A stretch of DNA of 64,000 nt from IMG/VR virus record IMGVR_UViG_3300019458_000022; one strand, given 5' to 3'. The notes beneath the pieces were generated by a model. That model did no database searches and was not told the DNA's origin. It saw nothing but the letters and a program-made list of their open reading frames with translations. This stretch comes from a virus. The translations under genes and the position numbers were made by a program. Below are positions 18,305 to 27,091 of this stretch, piece by piece. Numbering within the stretch: position 1 is the first letter of the stretch; each line of letters starts with the position of its first letter.

Positions 18305-18715
18305 TCACGAAGCTTTCCTCTCCAGTTCGTAGCCGTCATAGAGCCTGGCCAAGGCGATGCGCTGTTGGTCCGGATACCGACTGAGGATGATCTCGTGCGT
18401 CTGCTCCGTGACGTGCGCCGGGCGCCACCGGCCGCTGTAGAACCCGATCTCCCGGCGGAAATGGGCGGCCACGTCCGCATTGTAGACGTCGTCCCGCGTC
18501 AGGTCGTAGCGGATCTTGAAGCTCTCCCCGTCCTCGAACTCGACGGTGACGTCCGTCTTATGGTAGCTCCCGTCCTCCGGGGCCGTGTGCGCCATCCGGC
18601 GAAGTACGGCATCCGCGGCCTCGAACGAAGCTGCGCGGATCGTGACGCACTCGTGGTCCCAGCCTTCGGCCCTGGACACGGTGACCGTCTTGATCCGGAT
18701 CTTCGGCTCGCTCAT
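18305..18715 (-). CDS. hypothetical protein, possibly large-polyvalent-protein-associated domain (LPD25-like)
   Basis: GSYHKTDVTVEFEDGESFKIRYDL. Confidence 0.6.
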   Translation of the reverse strand: MSEPKIRIKTVTVSRAEGWDHECVTIRAASFEAADAVLRRMAHTAPEDGSYHKTDVTVEFEDGESFKIRYDLTRDDVYNADVAAHFRREIGFYSGRWRPAHVTEQTHEIILSRYPDQQRIALARLYDGYELERKAS

Positions 18716-18742
18716 GGTCTTCTCCTACTTTTGCTGCTTATC

Positions 18743-18958
18743 TCACTCTCCGAGCTTCGTGCCTTCGACCCGCGTTTCCATGAGCTTCGTTCCGACCCGG
18801 GCGAGTCCGGCGATCGCGAACGAGGACCCGACGCCCTTGACGTAGTAGCGCCTGTCGTCGCTCACCATGATGACGACCGTGGCCTTCGGGCCGATCTTCG
18901 CGGCCAAGTCGAGCGCCGCGTTGTCCACGATCTCGGGGGTTTCGTTCGTGTACGCCAT
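18743..18958 (-). CDS. hypothetical protein
   Basis: GGAG RBS. Confidence 0.6.
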   Translation of the reverse strand: MAYTNETPEIVDNAALDLAAKIGPKATVVIMVSDDRRYYVKGVGSSFAIAGLARVGTKLMETRVEGTKLGE

Positions 18959-18980
18959 TCCATGGTCTCCGGGTCTTCCC

Positions 18981-19168
18981 TCGCATCCGGACCCCGCGGG
19001 GCCCGGGTGCGAGGGGGCGCCCCCTCTCGGGGCGCCCGCTCGACTTCGCTGACTCGCGCAATCACGTCTGATTAGCCGTTCCCGCTACCGCATCTTCGTA
19101 TCCTCCATTGTCCTCGTATCGCCCTCCCCGCAGGAGGGCGCTACGAGGCCCGCCCTTTCGGGCGGGCC
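18981..19168. repeat. cluster of four strong hairpins/palindromes in an intergenic gap
   Basis: 18981-19012 stem; perfect palindrome GAGGGGGCGCCCCCTC 19011-19026; 15-bp interrupted stem 19112-19148; GGCCCGCCC-TTTC-GGGCGGGCC 19147-19168. Confidence 0.7.
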
Positions 19169-19187
19169 ACTGGAGAGATGGGGGAAG

Positions 19188-20480
19188 TTAGCTCTTGAGG
19201 GCGCCCACCCCCTTCTCGATGATCTCGCCGCCGAACTCCTCCAGGAGGATCGCCCCGTCCGCGTCCCGCTCGCGGCGGTAGTGGGCGGCGGCGGTCACCG
19301 CGCGCTGGAGGTCGAGGAGCGTGTCCCGCTTGGCGCTCAGCGGCTGGTAGGCAGCCAGGATGTCGTCCCGGATCTCCTCGGTCATCCCCGGAAGCTGGAC
19401 GATCTCGTTGACGGCCTTCCGGACCTCGATCTCGACCTTCTGGAGGCCCTTCATCTTCTTGGCGTTCTCCAGGAGGTACTCGGGGTTGAAGACCGACCGG
19501 ATGAGGTCGGCGACCTTGGCGAAGATGAGCGCGTTCTCCTTCTTGAGCGTCTCGTCGGACCAGAACTCCTCGTCCAACTGCCGCCCCAGGTGCCGCTGCG
19601 CGAAGTCCTCGCCGATCCGGGCCGTGTTGTCGCAGACGGCCTCGTAGAGGCCGACCTGGACGCCGAGGCCGCCGTGCCCGGTCTCGCTGTTGCGGAGGAA
19701 CGCGGCCGGGAAGACCATGTGGTTCTTCGACTTGTCCCACTCGGGGCTCCAGAACCACCCGCCCTGGTTGGGGTCGTCGCTCTGGACCTGCTGACCGGCG
19801 TAGACGAAGTCGGTGCCCCCGCCCTTGCCCTTGGTCTTCTTCTCGGGGGTCTGGACCTGGACGCCCTTGTCCAGGTTGTTGAGGTCCACGAGGAGGCCCG
19901 GGTTGACGAGGCCGATGTGGAGCCGGGTGGGGCTGAGCGCCCAGTCGAACGCCTTGGCGCCCCTGGCCCAGGGCTTGTCCTCGCCGTCGCCGCCGTCCTT
20001 GCCGGTCACCACCTGGACGGCCGTGGACACGAGGTCCAGGCTGTCGAGCGGGCGGTACCGGTCGGAGAGGAACCCGCGGACCTCGTCGCCCAGGAGCCGG
20101 ACGAGCCGCTTGTCGCCGTTCCCCTTCTTCCGCCAGTACTCCAGGTTGTAGGCGAGAAGGTCCAACGCGCCCGCGCCCCTCACCCGCGAGTAGTAGTGGC
20201 CGTTCACGCCGAACTTCTGCGCGAACTGCGGGTGGACCTGCTCCTGGATCGGGTGCGCGCCCCCCTCGAACCTGAGGAAGAGGCCGCCGGGCTTGGGCTT
20301 CGGGTTCTCCTCGGTCGCGGCCTCGCCGACCTCGCCCACGAACTCCATCTTCGTGAGCGGCACGATGTAGTCCTTGCACCGCGCCTTGACCTCCCGGAGG
20401 CCCTTCACGAGTTCCGGGATGTCCTTCAGGACGCGCACGCGCCGCGGGCGCTCCTGGCTGCCGAGGTTTCCATCCGCCAT
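19188..20480 (-). CDS. DUF932-like protein
   Basis: VRGFLSDRYRPLD, LRNSETGHGGLGV, VCDN. Confidence 0.7.
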   Translation of the reverse strand: MADGNLGSQERPRRVRVLKDIPELVKGLREVKARCKDYIVPLTKMEFVGEVGEAATEENPKPKPGGLFLRFEGGAHPIQEQVHPQFAQKFGVNGHYYSRVRGAGALDLLAYNLEYWRKKGNGDKRLVRLLGDEVRGFLSDRYRPLDSLDLVSTAVQVVTGKDGGDGEDKPWARGAKAFDWALSPTRLHIGLVNPGLLVDLNNLDKGVQVQTPEKKTKGKGGGTDFVYAGQQVQSDDPNQGGWFWSPEWDKSKNHMVFPAAFLRNSETGHGGLGVQVGLYEAVCDNTARIGEDFAQRHLGRQLDEEFWSDETLKKENALIFAKVADLIRSVFNPEYLLENAKKMKGLQKVEIEVRKAVNEIVQLPGMTEEIRDDILAAYQPLSAKRDTLLDLQRAVTAAAHYRRERDADGAILLEEFGGEIIEKGVGALKS

Positions 20481-20532
20481 GTCTCTTCTCCTTCCCCGGA
20501 TCATTCCGGGATTCGCTTCACGACTCACCCTA

Positions 20533-20548
20533 TGCGAATCGTGTGCCA
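20533..20548 (-). promoter_or_regulatory. sigma54 promoter 5 (TGGCACACGATTCGCA)
   Basis: GG-N10-GC kept; CTGCCA-N3-TGGCAG at 20620-20634. Confidence 0.75.
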
Positions 20549-20638
20549 ATCCGGATACTGTTCTGAGAGGCCGTTGTCAAGCGAATTTCGCACATTCGTT
20601 CGTCTCCGTGGCAGCCGCGCTGCCACCGTGGCAGGCAG

Positions 20639-20848
20639 CTATGGCGCCTTGGCAGGCTCCCCCGGGTAGTCCGTTTCGATCCGCCGCTTGCACGGGTCGC
20701 AGTACGCCTTCCCGGTCGGACCGCGCTGGTTCGTCCAGGTCCGCATCCAGCGGGGTGGGTTGCGCTTGCACATCGAGCATAGGCCCCGGGAGGCGTAGGA
20801 ACGCACCCCCGCGAAGAAGGCGGGATCGAACGGAACGAAGGCGTTCAT
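20639..20848 (-). CDS. small Zn-finger protein
   Basis: CSMC...YCDPC. Confidence 0.6.
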   Translation of the reverse strand: MNAFVPFDPAFFAGVRSYASRGLCSMCKRNPPRWMRTWTNQRGPTGKAYCDPCKRRIETDYPGEPAKAP

Positions 20849-21228
20849 GCGCGATCCACGACGAAGGTCTTCTTGAGATCCAGGTGTTCCTTCCGGAGCC
20901 CCGGAAGGTCGATGACCTTCCGGATCTCGGGGAGGACGGCCGCGAGTCGCGCGATCGTCAGACGGCCGCCTTGGATGAGATCGCGCCCCATGTGGAAAAG
21001 CAACCTGTCCCCGTCGTCCCGGACTTCCAATCGCGCGGGCGCGTAGGCAGGACCCATGTAGAGCCCCTGCCAATAGGGGTGGCCCTTCCTCCACAGGATC
21101 TTCCAGCTTTTGTGGACGAGAAGGATCTTGGCCGTCGCGCCGTAATCGACGCCTGGCGAATAGCGGGGGTCGATCCGCTGGTCCTCGAAATGCCCGATGA
21201 TTCCGGTCTTCCGGCGATTCTTCTTCAT
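20845..21228 (-). CDS. hypothetical protein
   Basis: overlap packing. Confidence 0.6.
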   Translation of the reverse strand: MKKNRRKTGIIGHFEDQRIDPRYSPGVDYGATAKILLVHKSWKILWRKGHPYWQGLYMGPAYAPARLEVRDDGDRLLFHMGRDLIQGGRLTIARLAAVLPEIRKVIDLPGLRKEHLDLKKTFVVDRA

Positions 21229-21240
21229 GACAGGCCGAGA

Positions 21241-21909
21241 CTACTCCTTGCCCCCCTCCATCTCGATCCGGGGAAGCGCGCCCTTTTCCTTGAGCGAATC
21301 CAGGCCCGCCTTGTGGATGGTGTTGGCGAGATGAGCTTCGATCTCGCCCTTGGCGGCGGCGACGGTTTCCTCCATCGTCTCCTGGAAGCGCTCCTGCATC
21401 CATGGGATGTTCTCGCGGATGTCCTGGGCCAGCTTGAAAAGGACGTCCTTGATACTCTTGAGATCGGCCTTCGTGACACGGTCCTTGGCGAGAAGCGCGT
21501 TCACGTCCTTCTCGACATTCTCCGCGGCCTCCGCCAGCCCCTTGAAATCCCGCTTGACCTCGTCGGCCCACAGCTTCCTCAGGTCCCGCTTGGGCGGTTC
21601 AGGGACGTCCTTGCCGCCGATCTGCTCGACGGTGCAGGGCGTTCCGCCGTGGATGTTGGCGTTCAGGACGAGGTTCGCGAACTGGATCTCCGACATCATC
21701 ACGTTGATATGCGGAACCGCATCGGTCGGCGACGCCCGGTCTCCGTGGAAATCACGGATGAGCGCGGCCGGTTGGATCTCCAGCGTGATCGCGTGATAGT
21801 GCTTGAACGGGCTCATGAAGAGCCGCTTCGAGCCTCCGCCGATCTGGACGCGGTTGATGTGGATGACCGCGTAGCTCGGATGCTCGATCCGTTCCTCGTT
21901 TTTAGCCAT
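21241..21909 (-). CDS. conserved phage-type hypothetical protein
   Basis: HPSYAVI...LFMS...MSEIQFANLV...GTPCT, helical C-terminus. Confidence 0.75.
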   Translation of the reverse strand: MAKNEERIEHPSYAVIHINRVQIGGGSKRLFMSPFKHYHAITLEIQPAALIRDFHGDRASPTDAVPHINVMMSEIQFANLVLNANIHGGTPCTVEQIGGKDVPEPPKRDLRKLWADEVKRDFKGLAEAAENVEKDVNALLAKDRVTKADLKSIKDVLFKLAQDIRENIPWMQERFQETMEETVAAAKGEIEAHLANTIHKAGLDSLKEKGALPRIEMEGGKE

Positions 21910-21919
21910 GCGCGCCCTC

Positions 21920-22120
21920 TTACCCGGCGACCTCGAATTCGAGGTAGGCAAGCTCGACCCAACAGCCGTAGGTGCTTCCGGCGATGTAGATCCGATCCTT
22001 CCGGCTGTCCCGGTATCGGACTTCGCCTTCATACCACGTCTCGTTCTTCGAGCCGTCCGGGTTCTTGGCGAAGTTGAACCGCCAGCGGATGCGAGTCCGG
22101 TTCTTCGGGATATCGGCCAT
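21920..22120 (-). CDS. small SH3/Tudor-like hypothetical protein
   Basis: TWYEGEVRY pattern; start uncertain. Confidence 0.5.
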   Translation of the reverse strand: MADIPKNRTRIRWRFNFAKNPDGSKNETWYEGEVRYRDSRKDRIYIAGSTYGCWVELAYLEFEVAG

Positions 22121-22160
22121 GGTCGTCAGCATCACGGTCCTCACTTGTCCAGGATCTCGC

Positions 22161-22316
22161 CTACTTCGCGTGAACGCTATTCGGATGGTACCGTTTCCAC
22201 CAGCAGCCCTCGTGGAAGTCCCCGTCGCGCGTTCTCATGAACGCGCCGGTGATCTTCTGCTTGCACTCGGCGCATACGGATGGCGCCTTGCTCCGCTTGC
22301 CTGTCCTTCCGGGCAT
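22161..22316 (-). CDS. small LIM-like Zn finger
   Basis: CAECKQKI...FHEGC; AGGAG RBS. Confidence 0.55.
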   Translation of the reverse strand: MPGRTGKRSKAPSVCAECKQKITGAFMRTRDGDFHEGCWWKRYHPNSVHAK

Positions 22317-22329
22317 GCCCTCTCCTGCT

Positions 22330-22653
22330 CTAGAACTCCACGAACTTCTTGCCGATCCGCTTCTCGGTTCTACGGCCGTCCGGATGCGCGGTGACCAGGA
22401 AGACGTCGGCGAGCACCTTGTCGCCCTTCTTGTCCCAGGTGTACATCGCCGAGCCGGTCTTCGTGAGGTCGATCCGATGCCGCTCCTCGATCCACTCCTT
22501 GCGCCCGTCTTCCCACCGGACGGTCGCGCCCTTCCGCATAGCCGCCCACGCGCGCTGCTCGACGATCCTCCGGCTGTCCGAGTCGAAGATGTTGAGGATC
22601 TCCCCACGGTCCGTCAGGACCGTGATCACATGGAGCTTGAGTTTGGGCTTCAC
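22330..22653 (-). CDS. hypothetical protein
   Basis: GTG overlapping upstream TGA. Confidence 0.65.
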   Translation of the reverse strand: MKPKLKLHVITVLTDRGEILNIFDSDSRRIVEQRAWAAMRKGATVRWEDGRKEWIEERHRIDLTKTGSAMYTWDKKGDKVLADVFLVTAHPDGRRTEKRIGKKFVEF

Positions 22654-23483
22654 TTCCGGAAGTCCTTCTCGAACTCGAACTTGACCTGGATCACCCTCCC
22701 ATCCTTGGGCTCGTACCAGACCTTGCCCACGGTCTTGAGGGAAGGCCCGGCGAGGATCGCGAAGACCGCGCTCGTCAGGCGCTCGGTCTCGATCCGGAGG
22801 AGGTCGAGCTTGTCGGGCGCCGCGCCTAGTTGCTCGACGAGCGCCTGGGCGACCATGGCGAGGATCTGGCCTTTGTGGGGCGGCGGGTTTCTGTAGATGC
22901 GGGGATCTTCGTGGCTCTCGCAGAGGCGCGTGAAGTCGTAGTCGTTGGCGAGCCGGAGGAGCGCCGGGAACTGCTTGGACTCGATGAGGTCGTGGGCGAG
23001 GTCGTTCGCCCACGTCCCGGCGATCTCGGACGTGTAGATCCGCGGGTCGGGCTTGCCCGACCTGTCGGCGCGCGACCAGACCCAGTAGGCGAGGTCGTAG
23101 ACGTCGGCGTTCCTGCCCAGGTCGGCGACCGCGGCCTTGACCACGCTCTCCCGGCGCTTGGCGTACTCGCGGTCGGACTTCCGGCCGTGATCGTCCATGA
23201 TCTTCCGGAACCCCTCCTGGGCGCGGATGAGCGGCTCGACGAGCTTGCGCGCGAACCAGCCGCCCTGTCCCAGGATGTCGTCCTGCCAGGCGTCCAGGAC
23301 GTCGTGCCAGGAGACGCGGACTTTGGCGCCCTTCTCCTCCTCGACCGTGTAGTAGGCGTAACCGTCCGCCTTCTGGATCTGGAGGAGCTTCCCGACGAGG
23401 CCCTGGGCCTTGTCCGAACGCTCCTGGATGGCCTTCAGCCGTTCGAGGTCCCTGTCGATGGACGCGATGCCGGTCTTCCGCAT
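22650..23483 (-). CDS. hypothetical protein
   Basis: GAGGAG RBS, ATG 23483. Confidence 0.7.
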   Translation of the reverse strand: MRKTGIASIDRDLERLKAIQERSDKAQGLVGKLLQIQKADGYAYYTVEEEKGAKVRVSWHDVLDAWQDDILGQGGWFARKLVEPLIRAQEGFRKIMDDHGRKSDREYAKRRESVVKAAVADLGRNADVYDLAYWVWSRADRSGKPDPRIYTSEIAGTWANDLAHDLIESKQFPALLRLANDYDFTRLCESHEDPRIYRNPPPHKGQILAMVAQALVEQLGAAPDKLDLLRIETERLTSAVFAILAGPSLKTVGKVWYEPKDGRVIQVKFEFEKDFRK

Positions 23484-23494
23484 GGTCGGTCTCC

Positions 23495-24115
23495 TCAGAG
23501 AAGGTTGATCCCGAGATTCTCGAAGCTCTGGATGTCGCGCTCGGCCTGGGCGTTCTCCCGGGCCTTCTGGTTGGCGCGCTGCTGGTCCTCCCAAGCCTTC
23601 CGGTCCGCCTCGGCGCGCACGCGGGCCTCTTCGTCGAGGCGCCGGAAGTACGTGGCGGCGCGCTCCGGGTTGGGCTCCCCGTATGGGTCGTGGCAGATCC
23701 GGCAAAGGTCCCGGCCGTCCTCCAGCATCACCGGAGTGACCCTGGCGGGATCGGAGGGCTCGTGCGTGTGCCAGCCGACCCGGATGTCGCCCCGGCGGAT
23801 CTCCAGGACGTCGCCGACCTGCTCGCCCGGGAACGTGTCGCAGTCGATCCAGAAGGGGTGCCTGGACGTCCAGCGGTAGACGCGGTTGAAGCGCTCGATG
23901 CCCTCCTTGTAGCTGCCGTGGATCACGTACTCCGGGAGGGTCTTGCCCTCCCAGTACCGCTCGATCCGGGCCTGGGTCGCCTTCTGAAGGTTCGTGGGCG
24001 TGTAAAAAGAGCCCCCGTTGAAGACGAAGGAAAGCTCATGAGCGACCGCGATCTTCCCGTCCGGGAACGTGATGCGATGCGCCTTGGCCTTCACCGCGTA
24101 CAGGTATATGCCCAT
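23495..24115 (-). CDS. hypothetical protein, first gene after promoter 6
   Basis: GGAGG RBS. Confidence 0.7.
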   Translation of the reverse strand: MGIYLYAVKAKAHRITFPDGKIAVAHELSFVFNGGSFYTPTNLQKATQARIERYWEGKTLPEYVIHGSYKEGIERFNRVYRWTSRHPFWIDCDTFPGEQVGDVLEIRRGDIRVGWHTHEPSDPARVTPVMLEDGRDLCRICHDPYGEPNPERAATYFRRLDEEARVRAEADRKAWEDQQRANQKARENAQAERDIQSFENLGINLL

Positions 24116-24147
24116 CTCTCGTTCGCCTCCAAATCTACCCCCTCTCC

Positions 24148-24163
24148 TGCAAAACGTGTGCCA
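24148..24163 (-). promoter_or_regulatory. sigma54 promoter 6 (TGGCACACGTTTTGCA)
   Basis: consensus; shares GTTTTTGAGGGTTCCG with promoter 4; CTGCCG-N3-TGGCAG at 24235-24249. Confidence 0.85.
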
Positions 24164-24213
24164 CTCTGGATACCGTTTGGAAAGCCCCAAAACGTGCGTT
24201 TTTGAGGGTTCCG

Positions 24214-24519
24214 TCAGGGCTCCACGCTGCCTGCCTGCCGTGTTGGCAGTCGGATGGGCCTGTCAGGTGGCAGGAAGTAGCAGTAGGGAGGGTAGGGGGC
24301 GGGAACCTCGGTCCCGCCCCCCCTCCCCTTGACGACGTGGGTCACGCCGATGGGCTTCCCGTCCTTCCGGCGGGTGTCGTAGATCCAGGCCCAATCGACG
24401 TCCGGACGCTCGGCGAGTTCCTGGACGCGGCGCAAGGCCCTCCGGAGGAAGGTGAACTCGCTGTCGCGCCTTCCTGGCCGGTGGGTACCTGGACCGAAGT
24501 ACCAGGTCTCGTAGGCCAC
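24214..24519 (-). CDS. hypothetical protein (3' end overlaps candidate enhancer)
   Basis: GTG start right after upstream stop. Confidence 0.45.
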   Translation of the reverse strand: MAYETWYFGPGTHRPGRRDSEFTFLRRALRRVQELAERPDVDWAWIYDTRRKDGKPIGVTHVVKGRGGGTEVPAPYPPYCYFLPPDRPIRLPTRQAGSVEP

Positions 24520-24522
24520 GTT

Positions 24523-25014
24523 CTAGGAGAGCGTGCGGATGACGCGCCGGAGCTTCTTGGCCTGGGCGCCGAGGAGCTTGGCCTGGGCGCCGTAGAGCCG
24601 CGCCTGGCGCTGGCTCTCGACGGCCTTGGTCATGATCTTCTGGAGCGCCGCCTTGAGGTACGGCGCCGCGCCGTTCATGACCGCCCGGACGCCGCTCTTG
24701 GAAGACGCCTTCCGGCGAGGCTTCTTCTGGGCCTTCGCCGCGGGCTTCCGCCTGGCGTGCGGCTTGGCCTTCTTCGGCTTCTTCCGCCGTCCGTGTCCGT
24801 TCATCGACCCTCCGGGCTTCGAGATCCCGAGGGCCTTCTTCCGGATCTTCCGGACCATGTAGAGGGACACGTCCAGGCCCTCCTTCTCCTTGAGGAGCCC
24901 GACGATGTCGGCGTCCTTGCGCCCGGCCCGGACGTGCTTCCGGACCTCCTCCAACAGCTTCTTCTCCGCTTCCCCCCGCACCCCGGCAGCCTGAGCCTGA
25001 GTTGCGGTCGCCAT
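24523..25014 (-). CDS. basic K/A/R-rich nucleoid-associated-like protein
   Basis: HTH-like N-terminus; KKPKKAKPHARRKPAAKAQKKPRRK linker; GGAGG RBS. Confidence 0.7.
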   Translation of the reverse strand: MATATQAQAAGVRGEAEKKLLEEVRKHVRAGRKDADIVGLLKEKEGLDVSLYMVRKIRKKALGISKPGGSMNGHGRRKKPKKAKPHARRKPAAKAQKKPRRKASSKSGVRAVMNGAAPYLKAALQKIMTKAVESQRQARLYGAQAKLLGAQAKKLRRVIRTLS

Positions 25015-25063
25015 GTAAGAGCCTCCAAAAAAATGGGACCTTGGACCGTACTGCACAAAGTTC

Positions 25064-26227
25064 CTATTCCTCGACGCGGTACTCCTTGCCGACCGCTTCG
25101 ACGAGATCGCGGCCCTTCTCGTAAGGCTCGATGAACTTCCGGAAGAGCACCGAATCGCCCTCTTCAGCGATGACGAACGGCCGCTCCTCCTCAGCCAGGT
25201 TCTTCCGAAGCTTCCAAAATGAATGCCAATGGGCACGAACCATGAAACGGAAAGAGACCGTCCAGGTCTTCCCGGTCCGGTTCGGGGCCGCGCTCCCGCA
25301 GTTCTTCGGGAGCTTGACGTTCCGGCCGACGTCGATGTAGTCGATCCGGGTGTGGTTCCTGGCCTCATCCAGGAACCGCTGCCGCTGGTTCTCGTTCGTC
25401 TGACGTCCGGCACGCTCGACGAGGCGGTTTCCCTTGGCGACGACCGGAGCCAGATCCGCCCCGAGCGAGTTGATGTAGAGCACCGCGTTCATCGCCAGCC
25501 GCGTGATCAGGCTGTAGTCGTTGCAGGCGTCGGCGATCATCTCCCGTTCACGCTTCTCGAAAAAAACATCGCTGATGACGAAGTCTTCGGCAAGGCCCTC
25601 TAGCTCGAACCAGTTGGCGGCCGAGTTGCCGACCTTGCGGCCTTTGAACTCGATGATTTCCGAGTAGAAGAGGAACTTGATGACGTGCTTCTCGTGGATG
25701 TAGGCAGGGTTCGGCTCGCGCCCGGCCATGACGTCGTTCCAGACCTCGATCCGCTGCTCTTTCGTCGTGTGCTTTTCGGAATCCGCGCTGTCGGACATCT
25801 CCGTGACGAAGCAACCGTCGAGCCGGGCGCGGGACCCGTCCGCGCATTCGAGTTCAACGGGGGCATTCTCGAACCGGGTAAGGAAGCAGCGGAAAGGGAG
25901 CTTGAGGAACCGCTTCTGGACCTTGAGATCGGTGTTGAGGAGGAGATGCGTCAGGTTCGGAGACACGTTGAAGACCTTCTTCCCGGCGCTCCAGAAGTTG
26001 AAGAGGGTCTGTTCCGTTTCGAGAGAAAGCGACGGCTGGAAGTTCGGGATGTACTCCTGGCCGTGGTTTACGATGTCCTTGGCGATCGGGTCAAGCCGGA
26101 GCATCTCATGCTTCTTGATGAAGGGGGGGACCTTGATCCGGTCCCTGAGCGCGCGGAAGCGCTGGTCGAAGTTGACCCGCATGGAGGCGTACTCGGCCTC
26201 CATGACTTCGTAATAGGTCGGTCTCAT
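25064..26227 (-). CDS. AcrVA2/FinQ-like phage protein, paralog 2
   Basis: FWSAGKKVFNVSPNLTHLLLNTDL...LKLPFRC; LYINS; IDVGRNV; MVRAHWHSFW; FIEPYEKG; clear paralog of 12711-13898. Confidence 0.5.
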   Translation of the reverse strand: MRPTYYEVMEAEYASMRVNFDQRFRALRDRIKVPPFIKKHEMLRLDPIAKDIVNHGQEYIPNFQPSLSLETEQTLFNFWSAGKKVFNVSPNLTHLLLNTDLKVQKRFLKLPFRCFLTRFENAPVELECADGSRARLDGCFVTEMSDSADSEKHTTKEQRIEVWNDVMAGREPNPAYIHEKHVIKFLFYSEIIEFKGRKVGNSAANWFELEGLAEDFVISDVFFEKREREMIADACNDYSLITRLAMNAVLYINSLGADLAPVVAKGNRLVERAGRQTNENQRQRFLDEARNHTRIDYIDVGRNVKLPKNCGSAAPNRTGKTWTVSFRFMVRAHWHSFWKLRKNLAEEERPFVIAEEGDSVLFRKFIEPYEKGRDLVEAVGKEYRVEE

Positions 26228-26246
26228 CCCGAGGTTCGCATTTCTC

Positions 26247-26531
26247 CTATGAGCCGTTGTCCTTCTTCTTCGACTCCAGGAGAAGCTCGATCGCCTTGCG
26301 AGCGAGGGGCGATGGATGAGACTGCCCGCGCAGCCAGCGCTCGACGGTGTACTCCCGGACGCCGATCTTCTGGGCGAACTCCTGGAACGTCATTCCGCTC
26401 TTCTTGAGGAGGCCCTGCATCTCCTTGGCGAGCGCGGAATCCTTCCTGGGCTGTTCCTTGCTCTCGGCGGGCTTCCGGGGGCTTGGCCGCTTCGCGCCCT
26501 CTTTCCCCGTAGTCACGTCGCCTTTCGTCAT
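26247..26531 (-). CDS. XRE-family HTH regulator
   Basis: GMTFQEFAQKIGVREYTVERWLRGQSHP; GAGGAGG RBS. Confidence 0.85.
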   Translation of the reverse strand: MTKGDVTTGKEGAKRPSPRKPAESKEQPRKDSALAKEMQGLLKKSGMTFQEFAQKIGVREYTVERWLRGQSHPSPLARKAIELLLESKKKDNGS

Positions 26532-26566
26532 GCCAGCCTTCCTCCTCAGAGGCACCCCCGTATCCT

Positions 26567-26584
26567 ACATCTGTTAACAATTGT
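26567..26584. promoter_or_regulatory. palindromic operator 2 in promoter TTGACA-N17-TAGGAT (26562-26590, minus)
   Basis: ACATCTGTTAACAATTGT. Confidence 0.8.
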
Positions 26585-26696
26585 TGTCAAGCTCGATTTG
26601 CGAGGGAGTGGATCTCGCGGAAGGGAATCCGCGCGGCTCCGACCTTGTCGTTGGCCCGGCCGATCTCGGTCCTGGCGTCGGTCAAGTCCTCCATGG

Positions 26697-26867
26697 CTAC
26701 CTTGAGCGTTTGGGGAGCTTGCGGGCGATCGGATGATCGGCGGGCGCCTCGACCTCGTAGATGCCTTGCCGTCCGGTCTTCTTGAGGGGAGCGCCGAAGA
26801 AGTCCGCAAGCTTCCGGACGGCACGGTTGTGGGTCTTCCAGCCTCCGGATTTCGCCTTCTTCGCCAT
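26697..26867 (-). CDS. small basic hypothetical protein
   Basis: my translation MAKKAKSGGWKTHN...; GAGGAGAG RBS. Confidence 0.55.
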   Translation of the reverse strand: MAKKAKSGGWKTHNRAVRKLADFFGAPLKKTGRQGIYEVEAPADHPIARKLPKRSR

Positions 26868-26881
26868 CGCCGCTCTCCTCT

Positions 26882-27091
26882 CTACGTCATCTTCCAGAGC
26901 TTCCGGAGCGCGTCCGCGGCGCGTGGGAATTGCTTGATCGCGTCGGCGGCATCGCGGCGTTCCTGTTCGAGAAGGAGGCCGAACGCGCCCACGAGGACGG
27001 AGACGAGCTTCTTCCGTTCCCTCGCATTCTCGAAATCGAACTGGTCAAGGGCGTCCTCGATCGCCTCCTGGACGGTGACCTTTCCGATCAT
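26882..27091 (-). CDS. hypothetical protein
   Basis: ATG overlapping upstream stop. Confidence 0.6.
   Translation of the reverse strand: MIGKVTVQEAIEDALDQFDFENARERKKLVSVLVGAFGLLLEQERRDAADAIKQFPRAADALRKLWKMT

Noticed and set aside
19147-19168. Intrinsic terminator
   Set aside because: Strong hairpin but no U-tract on either strand
23760-23775. Extra sigma54 sites (TGGCACACG at ~23765; TGGCAC at 13925 and ~50030)
   Set aside because: Intragenic and lacking the -12 GC
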